A DNA stretch of 63,518 bases, filler included, from Choristocarpus tenellus KU-1152 (GCA_964200185.2; 10 parts of 10 records of this genome joined end to end with filler, not necessarily neighbours in it); one strand, 5' to 3'; positions 47,148-60,566 are shown, numbered from the whole stretch's first letter. The notes: generated by a model not told the origin, from the letters alone. Translations and numbers: made by a program.

Positions 47148-47430
47148 TATGTATAGTTTTCATTGGTTTTCCCCCTGACACATTTACAAAATGTCGGAGG
47201 AAATAATAATAAAAATACCAATATTTTTTATTATTATGCCCTCTGACATTTTGCAGATAACAGCCGATTTCAAAAATTGAGGATGGAGCTTTTCATTGAG
47301 GATGGGATAAAGTGTCGACATGATTTTTTTATCCCAGTCAATTTTGGGTCAAGCCCATCCTCAATGAAAAGCTCCATCCCCAATTTTTGAAATCGGCTGT
47401 TAGATGTGTCAGGGGGAAACCAATGAAATT
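47148..47430. mobile_element. Two tail-to-tail 3' ends of the CRE-like retrotransposon (+ 47148-47215; - 47225-47430, interrupted by a MITE)
   Basis: Both arms match the 3' end of 47627-48215 and together form an inverted repeat around an AT-rich centre. Confidence 0.8.
47259..47401. mobile_element. 143-bp MITE nested in a retrotransposon tail, with target-site duplication AGAT
   Basis: TIRs AACAGCCGATTTCAAAAATTG...CAATTTTTGAAATCGGCTGTT; AGAT at 47255-47258 and 47402-47405. The empty site TTTTGCAGATGTGTCAG is present as the reverse complement at ~3850-3866. Confidence 0.92.
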
Positions 47431-47626
47431 GTTAAAATGTTCGAATGTTAAGTTTGTTCAACACATCAGGCTGGTTTGCAACGCCTCACCCGTGTTTTGG
47501 TTATTTTCCCTGTTGTTTTTACCCTTATGGAAGGGGTTGTCCAGGGAAGACGATGGGGTGGCCATTTCGAGATATACCCCTAACAACACTGCGATTTGTG
47601 GAATATTTCGAATCGTTTTATATATG

Positions 47627-48215
47627 TATTTTTATTATTATGCCCTCTGACACTTTCCAGATGTGTCAGGGGGTAAACCAATGGAAACCATACACATGTC
47701 AGTATAAGCCCTAAAGAAATAAATGTCATAAATGTGAAAGACACTAATCTATTTGTTACTTCACAACTATCTATCTTGTACTACTATTGCCTTCCTGTCT
47801 GTGTCTGTAATCTACCTATACCTGTACCCCAAGGAGAGGAGCTAGGGAGGTATCCCAAGAATCCAATAAACTTCTCCATACCCATCTCCCTGGTGATTCC
47901 ACGTTAAAACGCATGACACATCTAGACAGTGCCACTTGCGTAGTTACCGAGACAATTTGGCGTAACCAGGATTTAACTACTCATTTCCTGCTGTATCCTC
48001 CCGTTCCTCTCCCCCCTACCATGTGAGCAGCCAGATCATCTAGGAAGCATTCTGCTCGCTTGCCAAGGCGCCCAAAACTTTCCTTTGCAAAGGTGTTGAG
48101 GTTATAACTATGAGGATTAAAAAAGTTCACGTAGTGGGTGCGCTTTCGCGTCTCGGCTGCAGCAGCAGCTGCACCATTGCTGATGGATGAGTGTGTGAGG
48201 TGGGAGGTTGCCTGT
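47627..48215 (-). mobile_element. 5'-truncated CRE-like non-LTR retrotransposon: C-terminal restriction-like endonuclease region, 3' UTR and TAA tail
   Basis: Translates NGAAAAAAETRKRTHYVNFFNPHSYNLNTFAKESFGRLGKRAECFLDDLAAHMVGG...RK*VVKSWLRQIVSVTTQVALSRCVMRF. The E..K...Y and ESFGRLG pattern is typical of RLE-clade (CRE-type) elements. One in-frame stop; ends ...GTCAGAGGGCATAATAATAAAAA. Confidence 0.85.
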
Positions 48216-48410
48216 ACTTCTTTATGTATGTATTGTTGATTTAGAAACGGTGTATTGATTATTGTAAAGAGTTATTTAGTTGCAAACTTTGACTATTTGC
48301 AGGGCATTAAATACTCCAATGCAGTACACTGCCTACAGGCTTGGTTCTAAGGGTTACCTGGGATTCCCTTGCATGCGACGATACAGTGTACCGTAATATT
48401 AGTTTACTTT

Positions 48411-48716
48411 AAAGAGTCAATCAATTGAGAGGTAGGCAAAGTTGCATTTGAAGAATCCGGAGAAAAGGCAGGGATTCGCCATTTTGACCCAAAGTAAACG
48501 AGAGGGACCCAGATTTCATCCATTTTGCATTGTAAGCCAGTTTTGTTGATCTTTAACAATTTACCCATATTTATATTTTTATGGCTATACTAAATTTGAA
48601 ACTTTTTTGAGACAGTTCGGAAATGTCCTATCCACACTAATGAAGAAGGCCGAATTTAGTACATATTTGCTGGCATCCTTGAGCGTACCAAATATGTACC
48701 TCTAATTTGACTCTTT
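48411..48716. mobile_element. MITE-like element with imperfect TIRs (AAAGAGTCAA...TTGACTCTTT)
   Basis: Inverted ends plus a related copy at 36615-36862. No clear TSD. Confidence 0.55.
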
Positions 48717-49598
48717 GTAAAATCGCAAAAAGAGCCGTTGTTGTATTTGCTGAATTGTGGTGTTACTTTGTGTGTGTAAAGAGGAATATCAATTTTGTGT
48801 ATACTGTTGTGCACCTAAAGCAGTAAATACAGCATATTTATTACACAGGGTAAGAACAGTGTCTTAGAATGCAAAAGGGTCCAAACCCGTCTACCTCTCA
48901 GCTGGTTTGGCTCAAAGTACCACACAAAAAGAGCAAGACACTTGCCTACATAACAGGAGAGGAGACAAATTGCTGCCAAGGGTTGTCTTTCATAGACTTG
49001 GGCAAAACGATTACCGCCTTGCTACTTCTCAGCAGAAAGCTTGTACAAACTCATAGCTGCAGCTGCAGAGGAAAGTCATGTTGTAGATCAGCCATAGTAT
49101 TTAATCAAAAATAGGTCCAAATCATGCAGGGGGAGGGGGAGGGGAAGATGTCTACAACAACAAAAAATAAAACAAAAACCATACTTGAGACTGCAAGTGC
49201 ATGTGTTCCTGGATGCGACAACATATTGCTGCTGTTGTTGATCCATCTTTTCCCTTATCCTATCAATCAAAAGTATCTTGAAAAATCACACTGCCACACA
49301 TGACCTCTGTAGGATGCTTCAAGCTCATCAAGCATACACAAACACATGCAGTCCTAATTGCTTGCTCAATATATCAGGTGAGGGGACTACCTTTGGAAAT
49401 AAACAGTGTCCTGTCCCTTCTAGGCCCACACCACTAACACAGAGAAAGGGTGCCAGGAATGGGGGGTTGGGGGAGGGATATCTGTTGGGTATTGNNNNNN
49501 NNNNNNNNNNNNNNNNNNNNNNNNNNNNNNNNNNNNNNTTAATTAATTAANNNNNNNNNNNNNNNNNNNNNNNNNNNNNNNNNNNNNNNNNNNNCCCC

Positions 49599-52500
49599 CC
49601 CAGATATTTTGGGTCTGAAACAGTTTGGATGTGTGTACGTTGGTGTATGTATGTATCTTTAGTGGTCTCATTATGTTGGATAACCGTTACACCTCGTCGC
49701 GATAGCATTCGCCACGTCAAGGATGTGGTTTGAAAGACAAGCTTATAAGAGGAAGGCCATTAGATGAGCACCACTTTCGAGTGCGGTCTCCACTTCTTTA
49801 AACCCGCCGCATCCTTTGCCTTTGTCGCAGAATTCGCATGTGCATGTGCAAGCGCGTTGTCCATCATCGCGAAAGCTCATTCTTCCATGTACTTTCTTCC
49901 AGTTCTCTCTTAGGCACTGAACCTGGAGGTCGGTGGCCATATGGTGGATGCAAATGCATGATCTGTGTTGTGCGGGAGAGTGGAGGGAGGAATGCGGTTG
50001 GTGGGTTATCCTCGCTTGTGTGTGGACACTGATGATGCAGTACGTGACTGCTGGCTATCCTGTGGAGGTTAGGAAACGTAGATTTGCCCGGTCGCCACTG
50101 TCGCGTGTACCCAAGAAATTGAGAGACTATTTCCGCATATATAACTTGGCGTGGCCTTTGAAATGTAGAACGGTCTCCGCTTCACGAATGTTGACGGACA
50201 GGGTGTTGGTCCTGAGATCCCCTCCTGTTCGAATATCTCCTTGAAGTTGGCATAGATATCCTCATCTGTCCCAATCTGTGACCTGTTGTGATCTCGATTG
50301 CACAATGTGTACGTAGTTTAATATCACAGTTTTGTTGGAGGGTGAAAATATTACAAAAAAAAAGTGATTAATCGATGATGTGTCGAGGGTGGATACACGC
50401 AATATTTGTGAGGATGACACTCGCTAGTGTTGAGTACCTCTGAGCGTGCTGTTGGCACAGTGCATCCGGATGGCAAACTCTCTTGTTCGTATGCGGGTCT
50501 AAGTAGTGCATTCCCTGGGTGGGATAATGAGATGTGACCGGATCGTGGGGCATGGCGGTGCTGTTGCTCTCCCACACGTTGAGATACCCAGAACATGTGT
50601 ATCAGGATGCTGTACGTGGAACTGTCGTGAGGAGTTGTCCCTTCTCACGTTGAACACCATTGGTCTGCCGTTTTGTGCGAGGAACGATGGGAGATATGGG
50701 GCGTGTGTCGGTTGTGCAGCATAATATGAGAGATCATCCGGGCATCCCCGTTAGTGATGAAACGGTTTTCTACATATACAGTGGATGTGTTCGCCCGGGG
50801 GGGAAGTTCTATGTTTCACACTGTTGGTGGTGGTTGCGGAAAACGAACTTCCATACCTGTGGGCAGTGCCTTGAGTAAAGTTGTGAGCGGCGTGTATGTT
50901 TGAGCTGGGAGAGAATCCCCCAGCGTCATCTGCAGCTGATTCGGATGGGATCGTCTGTTGCCGTATGTCTCGCAAGAATTCCGTGCGTTTTTCGGCGGAT
51001 GATCTTAGTGTGTCGATGCTGATGTCGTACGTTTTTGCTGTGACAGTCAGAAGTGGTTGAAACGTGGATGTCACCCTGTCATCGCCTATTTCGACATCAG
51101 GAGCGATGCCGACGAGGACGGATTTGTACACCTGGCGCGTATTCTCGGTGCTAAGATCTTTCTTTACACATTGGAGGAATATGTAAACCTGGAGATCAGG
51201 CGTTGACTCGCTTTGTTCCCGACCTAATGCAACTAGCAGCGCACTTGCCAACGGTGCCAAATCTGCTCTTCTCATCCAACAACCAAGAGGCAAGGTCGTT
51301 CCAAGTGCGGCCGCTTCCTCCCATCTCTTCTGAGCCATCGTAGTTGACTAACATGGAGAGGAAGATGTCCATTATCTGGTCCGTTTTAGGTTTCTTCCAC
51401 GAACGGGCTGCACTGGTCTTGGGCAGTCTCTTTAGTCCCCGTCTCCTGAGTGGGATCGAAAGGAGCTCACGATGTAAGTTGGGCGGGTTTGTTTCCTTTG
51501 ACACTAGTAATCGATCCTCATCATGCGAATATAAGTAGTACTGCATCTCTCTTCGGGGAAAGGTCGCGCATACTGTTTGGTCACGAGGTGCTCCACAGAA
51601 AAGGGCCGTTGTGGATGACACCCCATTTTGAAAGCATGGAGAAGGCTGTGTGTTTGACGCATCAACACAACCGAAACTGCCCCGATTAGATTCTCCTGAA
51701 GATATGTGCGTCGCATACGCGGTCAATCACAAGCCATATACAAAAGGTTACCAAAAAGTACGATGAAGCATGTAGGACGAAGTCACTGGGGGTAGTTTGT
51801 CGAACGGTACAAAGTGTGTTTTGGTACGAATTTCTGTTGGGAAGCACTTGGCAGGTGCATGGTGGGTGTCGCCCCTGACACCATTAGCTCACGTATGTTT
51901 CACAACTGACGTGTTCTGACGAACGGTAAACTAATGTGTACTATGGATTTTGTGGAAGCAATACTGAACGTTACATGTTATGTAGGTCAACACATAGCCC
52001 CACATGCGCATACCATTGTATGCGCCCCTTGCTCTATGGGGGATACGAGATAACGATTGAGTTTTGTGGTGAGTCCAGGACGATGGTTTGGGGGTGTGTG
52101 GCTCGAAAAAGTTGGTATGTCGACCGCAGCAATTTTCGCCGCACACTTTTTTGTGGAACAATGTTCGGCAGAAATGACATGATGTGTGTGACTTGAAATA
52201 GGTTTGTATGTGGACAGCCGCAATATTTGCTGTGCTTTGACGAACAGTAAAGTACGACAAATTATGACATGAGGCGAGCAGATGAAGGAAGGGCGGAACA
52301 TGATTCGGTATTATTTCATTAACGTGTAAGGGTGAGAAAGAGTGTGAGGGTTGGGGCATAGGGTTAGGGTCGGGACAGGTGCTATGGTTGGGATCGGAAA
52401 CGGAAACCGTAAGGAACATCGTTTGGTTCCGATATATATCGGGGAACGCGGATATCGGAGCACATGAACTTCGTCGATAGGTTTCGTTCTGCTCTTTATG

Positions 52501-53166
52501 GGAGGAGGTATGTGTCACCGGCTCGGACGGAACTACGGCGGAACTAGTGAATACCACGTCTCTCGGATTTCGATGCAAATGTGTGATTTCGGAAGGGTAT
52601 GGTGACAATATGCTTTGAGATGCCTATTCTTCAAGCGCTAATCCCCCGTTGAGGCAATTACAGAACGCACAGGCCACATTGGAGTGTGTCTCGCTGCGAC
52701 CAGATGTGGTCTTGCATTTGGGATGTCCTGGGGTCTACCCCTCCGAAGTCCACGAGTTCAGTCCGGTAGTTAGAGAAATCCCCTAGTGGCTGGCGGGTCG
52801 TCATCGTACATCTGCGGTGCGACAGATGTGGTACCCTTGAACAACCGCGACGACGATTCCTCAATATTGTCCAGACACGGTACTTTGTTGTTAAGAGAGT
52901 GAGGGAGTGTGAGGTCTGTCGCATATGTGGTTTGGCGAAAGTTTTTCTTTGTTGTGCACTATAATATAACACTAGGCAAAGTGTAAATATACGTTTTTGT
53001 TCCAATGTACGAGTAAAGAACCGCGAATCTATGCAAAAGAATATGCCAACTCTAAGTTTTCACCCTCTCGCACTAACGAAGAATTAGCGCGTGGAGAGTT
53101 ATGTATACATATACGCGTTCATGTTTTTTGTTCCATTTCAACAGGATTGGACCCAAAGTATCTGGG
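49599..53166 (-). mobile_element. Decayed DNA transposon with an intron-split Sola-like transposase N-terminal region
   Basis: Minus-strand pieces join as WESNSTAMPHDPV...CQQHAQR|SQIGTDEDIYANFKEIF...STFVKRRPFYISKATP|RSCICIHH...CTCTCEFC, resembling the ELY..FK / F..LRP / CxCxxH region of Sola2-type transposases (recalled pattern). It has frameshifts and stops. The contig ends carry a 16/17 inverted match (49599-49615 vs 53150-53166). Confidence 0.55.
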
Positions 53167-53276
53167 AGGGGGGGNNNNNNNNNNNNNNNNNNNNNNNNNN
53201 NNNNNNNNNNNNNNNNNNTTAATTAATTAANNNNNNNNNNNNNNNNNNNNNNNNNNNNNNNNNNNNNNNNNNNNAT

Positions 53277-53480
53277 GCTGGGGACACCGTCGTCTCCTAC
53301 AGCGCAGAGAGGCACAATGTGGTGGAGGTGGCCCTTGAACGGAGCAGGAGGGCAACCACCATGCTGGGAATGATGGGAGTGGGGGGCCAATACAACTTTG
53401 ATCCTCTCAACTTCGCCGCGCTTTCTATCAGCATGATTGGGTCGTTTGTCTATTCATGGGCAAAGATCTCCAAGCGATAA
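53277..53480 (+). CDS. C-terminal end of a nucleotide-sugar transporter (SLC35D-like)
   Basis: ATTMLGMMGVGGQYNFDPLNFAALSISMIGSFVYSWAKISKR* parallels the last two TM helices of SLC35D-type transporters (TYIGM.FGGDY.F...NF.GL.IS..GSLVYS). Confidence 0.7.
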   Translation, partial: AGDTVVSYSAERHNVVEVALERSRRATTMLGMMGVGGQYNFDPLNFAALSISMIGSFVYSWAKISKR

Positions 53481-53497
53481 TTTTTTTCTTTTAAATG

Positions 53498-53502
<5 letters not shown>

Positions 53503-53544
<42 letters not shown>
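53503..53544. repeat. (GT)n microsatellite; another at ~61028-61096
   Basis: Directly visible. Confidence 0.95.
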
Positions 53545-53545
<1 letters not shown>

Positions 53546-56500
53546 AGGATTCAGTCACCCCCTCTGGGGCTTGGTAGGGTGGAGACAGTGTTGATGCGAA
53601 GTAGTGCTGTGGGATAATAACGTGTCGTTGTCTGTGTGGTTATCGGTTAGCTGTTGGTTGGTGTGTGTGATTTGGTGTTTGTAGTTTTGACAGATGGCTG
53701 AGGGTAGATGGATTCACGGCGGGGAATTGTTCGTGTGGTTATTGATTGCATCCTATATTTGACTTGATTTGATTTGATTTGATGCATGGTATGTTTCTAT
53801 TGGTTGGTATGTTGCTCTTCTTGCTAAGCCTTTTCTGCCTCTTCCATATTTGGTTTTGAGTCGAAAGGCTGAGCATAAATGTAAGGGATTAGTGCTTGGA
53901 AAGGTGGGGGGGGTGGGGGGGACTTTCTTGGAGCCAAGTGATGCTTCGTAGTGTAGTGGTATTGTTTATCCAATACCCCCAAGAAATGTAAAACAGTGCT
54001 ACACTGTTTGGGTGAGAGTGGAGTGATGATTGTAAGTGGAATAGGGAGGTGGGCATGTTGGTACCACAGTTTCTGATTTCTGCCCCAGAAGAAAGTTTCT
54101 TCTGGTTGTTGAGTTGGGAAAGTGTTGAGACTTGTAAAAATGGAGAGGGCGTTTTGATGGATATTTCAATTGTAGTCACTTTTTTTTCTAAATCTTCTGA
54201 GGGAGATGCCTTTGAATATTTGGGGTTGTTGTAACTTCTTTCTGGTGCTTGTATACGCCTCTGTCACTACGAAGGGCGATATTTGCCTTAATCTGGATTA
54301 ATGTTTATGTTCTCTTCTACACCCAAAGGTCCCTAAGGGGAGTTGACTCTGCATTTTAGGTATGGAAATGGGCTGTCAAGGCAGACTTTTTTTTTTCAAG
54401 AGTCCTTAATAATACTCCAGAGGGCCTAAATGTGCTCCCCTCTAAGATGGGATGGATATAAGAAGTGCCTTGTTGTGTGTGTGTGGGGGGGGGGGGTCAA
54501 AGTGATGTTTGATGTCTGGGTCTGTGTTTCCTCTTACAAGGATTTTTTTTTCTTGTTTGCTGAGTTGTTTGTGACTCTCCTCAGAAAATGCAGTGGGAAG
54601 CGTTGTTGTAGCTGGCTGTGGTTGTCACTGTTCATCCCTCTACATAATTCTCTAGCCCATTACCTCAAATGTTGCTGTCACTTTCCCCCCTGCAGAGTCT
54701 GTTGATTGGTATAGCCTTAATAGGAAACGAGCTGTTTTATTTTAGAGGTTTTCACTAAGTACTGAGAGGGTCCCGATGGTTGTTTTTATGGTATAATGTG
54801 CTTCTAGCACTCTGGAGGGCAATATTATGCCCTTATTAATTAACCTCGGCCTCACGCCTCTTCTCCAGCCACAGCCTTCTACAGGGGGTTAGCTCTATTT
54901 TAGGCATGGAAAATGTGGTGTCTGGCAAGAGATTAAGCAACCCCCTCAAGCTCTTAGATGAGCCTGAATAGACCTCCTTCCAAGGGAGGAATGACTCAAA
55001 TGGACAGCGATTGGTAGAGTCCTCTTTTGTCTAAAGGGACTGACTCTGTGCTCCTTGTGGCTAAATGAGGTATATATCTTATCCTTGTCTTCTTTAATAA
55101 TAGCTTTTCCTATAGTAGAGAGAGGCGTATTAGTTCATTTTAACAGTGTCTACTATGTAGTATACTTCGTAATTCATGCCAGGGCCGTAGATAACTATTA
55201 ATAGCACGTTGGAGTATTGGTTACTTAACACTCACTTCTATTCAAAACAGAGACATATCGTTCACTGCAAATTTTTGTTTAAGATACTATGATATGGTAA
55301 GTGTTTTTATATAGTACTTCGAAAGAAGGTTTGGTGTCAAGAGAAGGCAAGCTTGTCTCCTGCTGTGTATGTAGGTTGGTGAGACAACCAATAGCTGGTG
55401 TGATCGCAAGTTTTTTGGTCGTGAGAGCATCAATAATAAGAGTAGAACTTAACCCCATCTTTGCCCATTATTTGTCCTTCAAAATTCCTGATCTAAGTAA
55501 CTCCAAATCGATACTATATATTTTTTTGTTTTATTATTTTAAAAATAAAGGTTGCACTCTCACAAAGTTCCAATTGAATTGGGGACACACAGAGTCCCTT
55601 ATCTAAGTGTTTTACACGTCGAGGCCTGATACTAAACTATAATAATCGTAATAATAGTATTTATTCATTGTTCTGACAGTACTTAAGAAGTTACACTGGT
55701 CTATTTATTGTTATTGTGCATGTTTACAATATTTACCCAGAACCTATGTACTGGCAATAATGCTGAAGTACTTCACAGTGTTAACACCATGTTTATTCAC
55801 TTAAGTAGTTTTTTGATTGGATGGTCTGACGAGGAGAATATATAAATTTTGAGGGAAGAAATTTCTTTGAGTGATGATTGATGCTATGGTCCGTCTCCTC
55901 AGTAGGACGATATATTGACCAATTATATCAACGGACTAATGGTGTTCTTTTTTCTTTCTTCCTGTTTTCGCTCGTTTGTGTGACATGTGATTAGTGACAC
56001 TACTGTAGTTATAGTTAGTTGCACATCCAACACCGAGTCAACGATAATGATGTACGGCAACGTAACACCTAATAATAGAGAGAGGTGAGGATAGCCGCGA
56101 AGATACCATGGTGTCAAAGAATGGTGGTTGGTGATGAAAAGATAATAAAACAGCGATGGTGGTGGTGTGGTGGTAATAATACTTCCTACTACTACTACTA
56201 CTACTTACCAATAAGAAGTGAACAACGTTTTCTGTATCAAACAAAATCAGTAACACTTACGAGCCCAACCAATTGAGAGATGGAGACAGGTTTAGACTCT
56301 CATTTAATTAAGTAATCTCTCTTACCCTGTGCAATGCACCCTATTTCACTGCTTTACGAGTACAAAAAAAACGTACGCAAAATAATAAAAATTATTCCCC
56401 CTTCTTTTACACACAGAACGTGAAGCCACAATTCAGGAAAGGCTCTCTCTGCAACTACTGCACAAAATGGCGTATTTCTTGCCTTTTTTTGGGGTCCTTG

Positions 56501-59465
56501 AAATGTAACCATACTAGAAACAACAAACAACACATTATATTAAAAAAACACAACACAGGAACAGTAAGGAATGGACCAGGACACTGCCCGACAGCACTTC
56601 TCCACTGTCATGACGGTTATTATTCCGTTGTGTGTTCTTCTACTACTGTGGCTACCTACTATTATTGCGCACAAAGCTGAGCTGAGGTGATCATTGCCTG
56701 CAACACTGCACAAACAAGTTCCCTTGTAGTTTGGCCGCTCGGAACTTTAAGCCGTGGTGAGGGCACTTTACTTTATCAGTCAAAGAAAGGCTTTGTGGGC
56801 GTATTCTCGTCGAAATAAGATTTTTCTCAATCATCTTCAGCAACGCTAGACTGGTCCTGTTAGAATGTGTTTCACTGGGGCTGGCCTGTGGCCTGTTCCA
56901 GTTGAAATTATGATGGCCATGGACTGGTTCTGGTAAAAAATGTTCTGGCAGGACCGGTCCGCCACCCGAATTCTGTCACACTTACCCTAGAGTCCAGGGA
57001 AAAGCCCTCCACACATCTGTTTATGTGGCACCCTCCACCTGTCCCCGCTTAGTTCTTCACCCATCATACGCCTATCGTCAGCTTTCAAAATCACATGTCC
57101 AAAAGAGTCAACCCAAGATAGGGTCGTTCACATTTGCTTTTTTCATCAACTTGGGAGCACATCGTTGCAGAATGTCGATACTTCATATTTTTACAAAATT
57201 CTTAAAGTGCTTTTTTTTTTAGTGTTGTGAATCGAAAACATAAAAAAAATACAAACTGTTCTGGAAGTGCTAACCGTCACCGAACTCTGCAAGCACACAG
57301 TGAGTGAACACGCTTTTGAAATAACCAATCAAAAGTTGCCCCTCGACTTCCGGGTTCAATCAAAAGGGCAACGATATCAAATCGCAGCGAATTTAATTGG
57401 GGTCCATCTCCTTTGCGTTTCACTCAAAGGGTTAAAAAAGGTCAATATTTTCTTGAGACTATGAAAGCGATTATTTTAAAATGCAACTTAAGTCTTGCAA
57501 CAATGCCATCAGCAAGAGCTGGAGATGAAGGTAGTGGCAGCGCAGGTGATGCCAACGCACCATATTTAGAAAAATGACAGAAATAAGTATATTTTCCTCT
57601 CCAATTATTCTTCAATCAAATCAAGGGTGTGGTGCACCCTATCTAAAGGGACTAAGTCCGCTCTTGAACCTGCATGCTTCTCACACACACGGCACACATG
57701 TCTGGCACTGCACTGAACAGGGTTCACTATTGCTCACCCCGGCATCAAGCCGTCAATTCATACACAGACAAGACATACTCTCTAGACACAGAGACTGTCA
57801 GTCGAAGCACAACACAACAAGCGGTAAATTTCACCTATCACCTCTGCGCAAGATTGATTCTGGCCAAAACAACAGTTTCACCCATCCTACTAAAAAAACT
57901 TACAGCTTGCTTGGCTGTCCCCAATCACACCACTGCAGTAGTAACTGGAAACACAAGTACAAGATAGGCAAAACTAGCAATCAAACTTACTAGGCACACA
58001 CTATGCTCTTACAATTGAGAGTTGTGCAATTTCGTGTAGCACTAAAGCTCCTAGAAAATCAGTTGTCGCACATACAATAAGTAGAAAACCTTTGCACAAC
58101 TCCCTAGCATACAAAACCCAAGCAACCCGCTTGCTGATTGGGCAACAGGGCAGGTTACAAGGTGCGATTTGACAGTACAACAAGGGCAACAGCAAAGCAC
58201 ACGGCATGCATGTGAAAACACCGTAGCATATCATCCTGACCTTGCTGGTTTGGACACCAACAGTATCCAATCGCAGAAGGAGACACAGACAATGCCTCAT
58301 CATAGTTGCAACTCCCAAGCACAAAATGCACACAATCAAAAGGTGACTGGACACTCTACTACTGTCGCTGATGCACTGAACCCCTGTTTACTCTGCTCTT
58401 GCCAACTGCCTGCTCAAGCTTCTCACTCTCACACACACATCAATTTATCATCCTGTAAGATGAAAGTACAACAAAGGGTATCGCACTACGCTTGTGCTCA
58501 TGTGCTATGCAAGGCAACCCAGGCTTGTTGAAAACCTAGAACCACCCTCATCTAAAAAAAAACACATTTGTACCCACTGACACACACATGACTGTAGAGA
58601 TCCCATGCTCATCCATGTGTCCCACAAGTACTAATTCACACAACAACAGCAAAAAAGACTGCTAAGACAACAAAACATAAAACATCAATACCAACAATAC
58701 ACACACACAAACACACAAATCATACATTTTTTCTTTTTCATTTGGCCTTCTAGTGAATTACATTTCCCCCTTTGGACACATTGTTGACCCAGCATCAACA
58801 ATCATCAATAATCCCAACAGAAGCTACAGAGGATCACTTGTCCTGACACCAGGGAATGAAGAGGCAGGAAGTGGGGAGGGGAGGGGGGNNNNNNNNNNNN
58901 NNNNNNNNNNNNNNNNNNNNNNNNNNNNNNNNTTAATTAATTAANNNNNNNNNNNNNNNNNNNNNNNNNNNNNNNNNNNNNNNNNNNNTACTCAACACAG
59001 TGTATTCAAACAGACCGTCAGTTACACTACAGCCCCCCCCCCCCCTTCCCCCACTTTACAATAGTAACACACATAAATGAGGACACCTTGTACCACTAGC
59101 AATATCGTAAAATATAATAAAATATAAAATAATGAAACACTGTTTGGCGAGAAGTATCCCCTCTTAACAAAAAAAAACTCTTCCGAACCCCCCCCCCCAC
59201 CCTATGACACTTAATTAAAAAAAATATCATTGCACAAGAACGAAATCAATGACTCATCACGCCGTGCCTTCACTCCATACTGCCAGTATTATTATTATTA
59301 TTCTCGTGACTATTGTAACTATTCTAATATTTCACACTACATTATTGTTCTTATTACTATTGTAACTATTCTTATAAACGACACTACATCATCAGTAACA
59401 AAACAACAACAACAACAACAACAACAATAATAATAAAACAATAATTAAACAGTCCTAATACTTGC

Positions 59466-60512
59466 CTGAAGATGTCATCCTCCAGGGAAAGGAAAAATCG
59501 AGTAGCTCCGGGATCCCCCTGCCTGCCAGCCCTTCCCCTCAATTGGTTATCAATGCGCCTGCTCTCATGTCTGGCTGTACCCACTACATAGAGGCCCCCC
59601 AGGTCCAACACCTTGTTTCAATTACATGCATAGAATACAAAATGTGTGTTGCAATCGACTTCAAGAACACAACAAGAATCCCAACTCTAACCTCACACAA
59701 TGATTAATATATACCTGTATCTACCAAGTACACACACACACATATATGTATTAATAATAAAATAACTGAATACTTAGAATCATTCTCAAACAACTTGTTC
59801 GATGGTCTCTACCACAAAACCCCTCCCTTCACCGAGGGTTGTGGAGATAGTTTTTTTCCTTTTTTTTTTCTTTCCAAATGTTCCACCCCAAAATAATAAT
59901 AATAATAACAATAAATTAAAAACAAACATACAATAAAAAGAAACTATTTGCAGTATGCATGTATGATAGTTCAAGCAAGATAAACAAAAAAAACGAACAG
60001 AATAAAAAAAAAGTAGCACCACTACAAAAAAATTGAAAATAAATAAATATGAAAATGATAAAATATTCAGAGCTCATAATCCGTGCTGCAACACCTTCCT
60101 ACACAGCCTTCCTGACTGCTAGCAACTCCTGATGGATCGATCAACTCTCAATCCTATACACACACCGCCTATAAACTCTCTACCAAACCTCCACTTCAAA
60201 ACATCTTCAAGACTCGCCTAAAAAAAAGAAAAGAAAAGAATAAATTATTTTTCTTTGAGTCCCATTCCATCGCGATATTTGCACTCTCTCCCTGTCAAGA
60301 CTGTCATCAAGACTATCAAGGCTGTCTGTCAAGACTATCAAGGCTGTCTGTCAAGACTATCAAGGCTGTCTGTCAAGACTATCAAGGCTGTCTGTCAAGA
60401 CTATCAAGGCTGTCTGTCAAGACTATCAAGGCTGTCTGTCAAGACTATCAAGACTGCCATCAAGACTGCCATCAAGACTATCAAGGCTGTCGTCAAGACC
60501 ATCAAGACAACT

Positions 60513-60566
<54 letters not shown>

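Noticed and set aside
47148-47430. Initial reading of this palindrome as a stand-alone MITE
   Set aside because: Both arms are 3' ends of the non-LTR element, as shown by the longer copies at 8281-8648 and 47627-48215.
56420-58550. Possible transposase or zinc-finger remnants in contig 9
   Set aside because: Only vague Cys/His patterns in short stop-ridden frames; no family could be supported.
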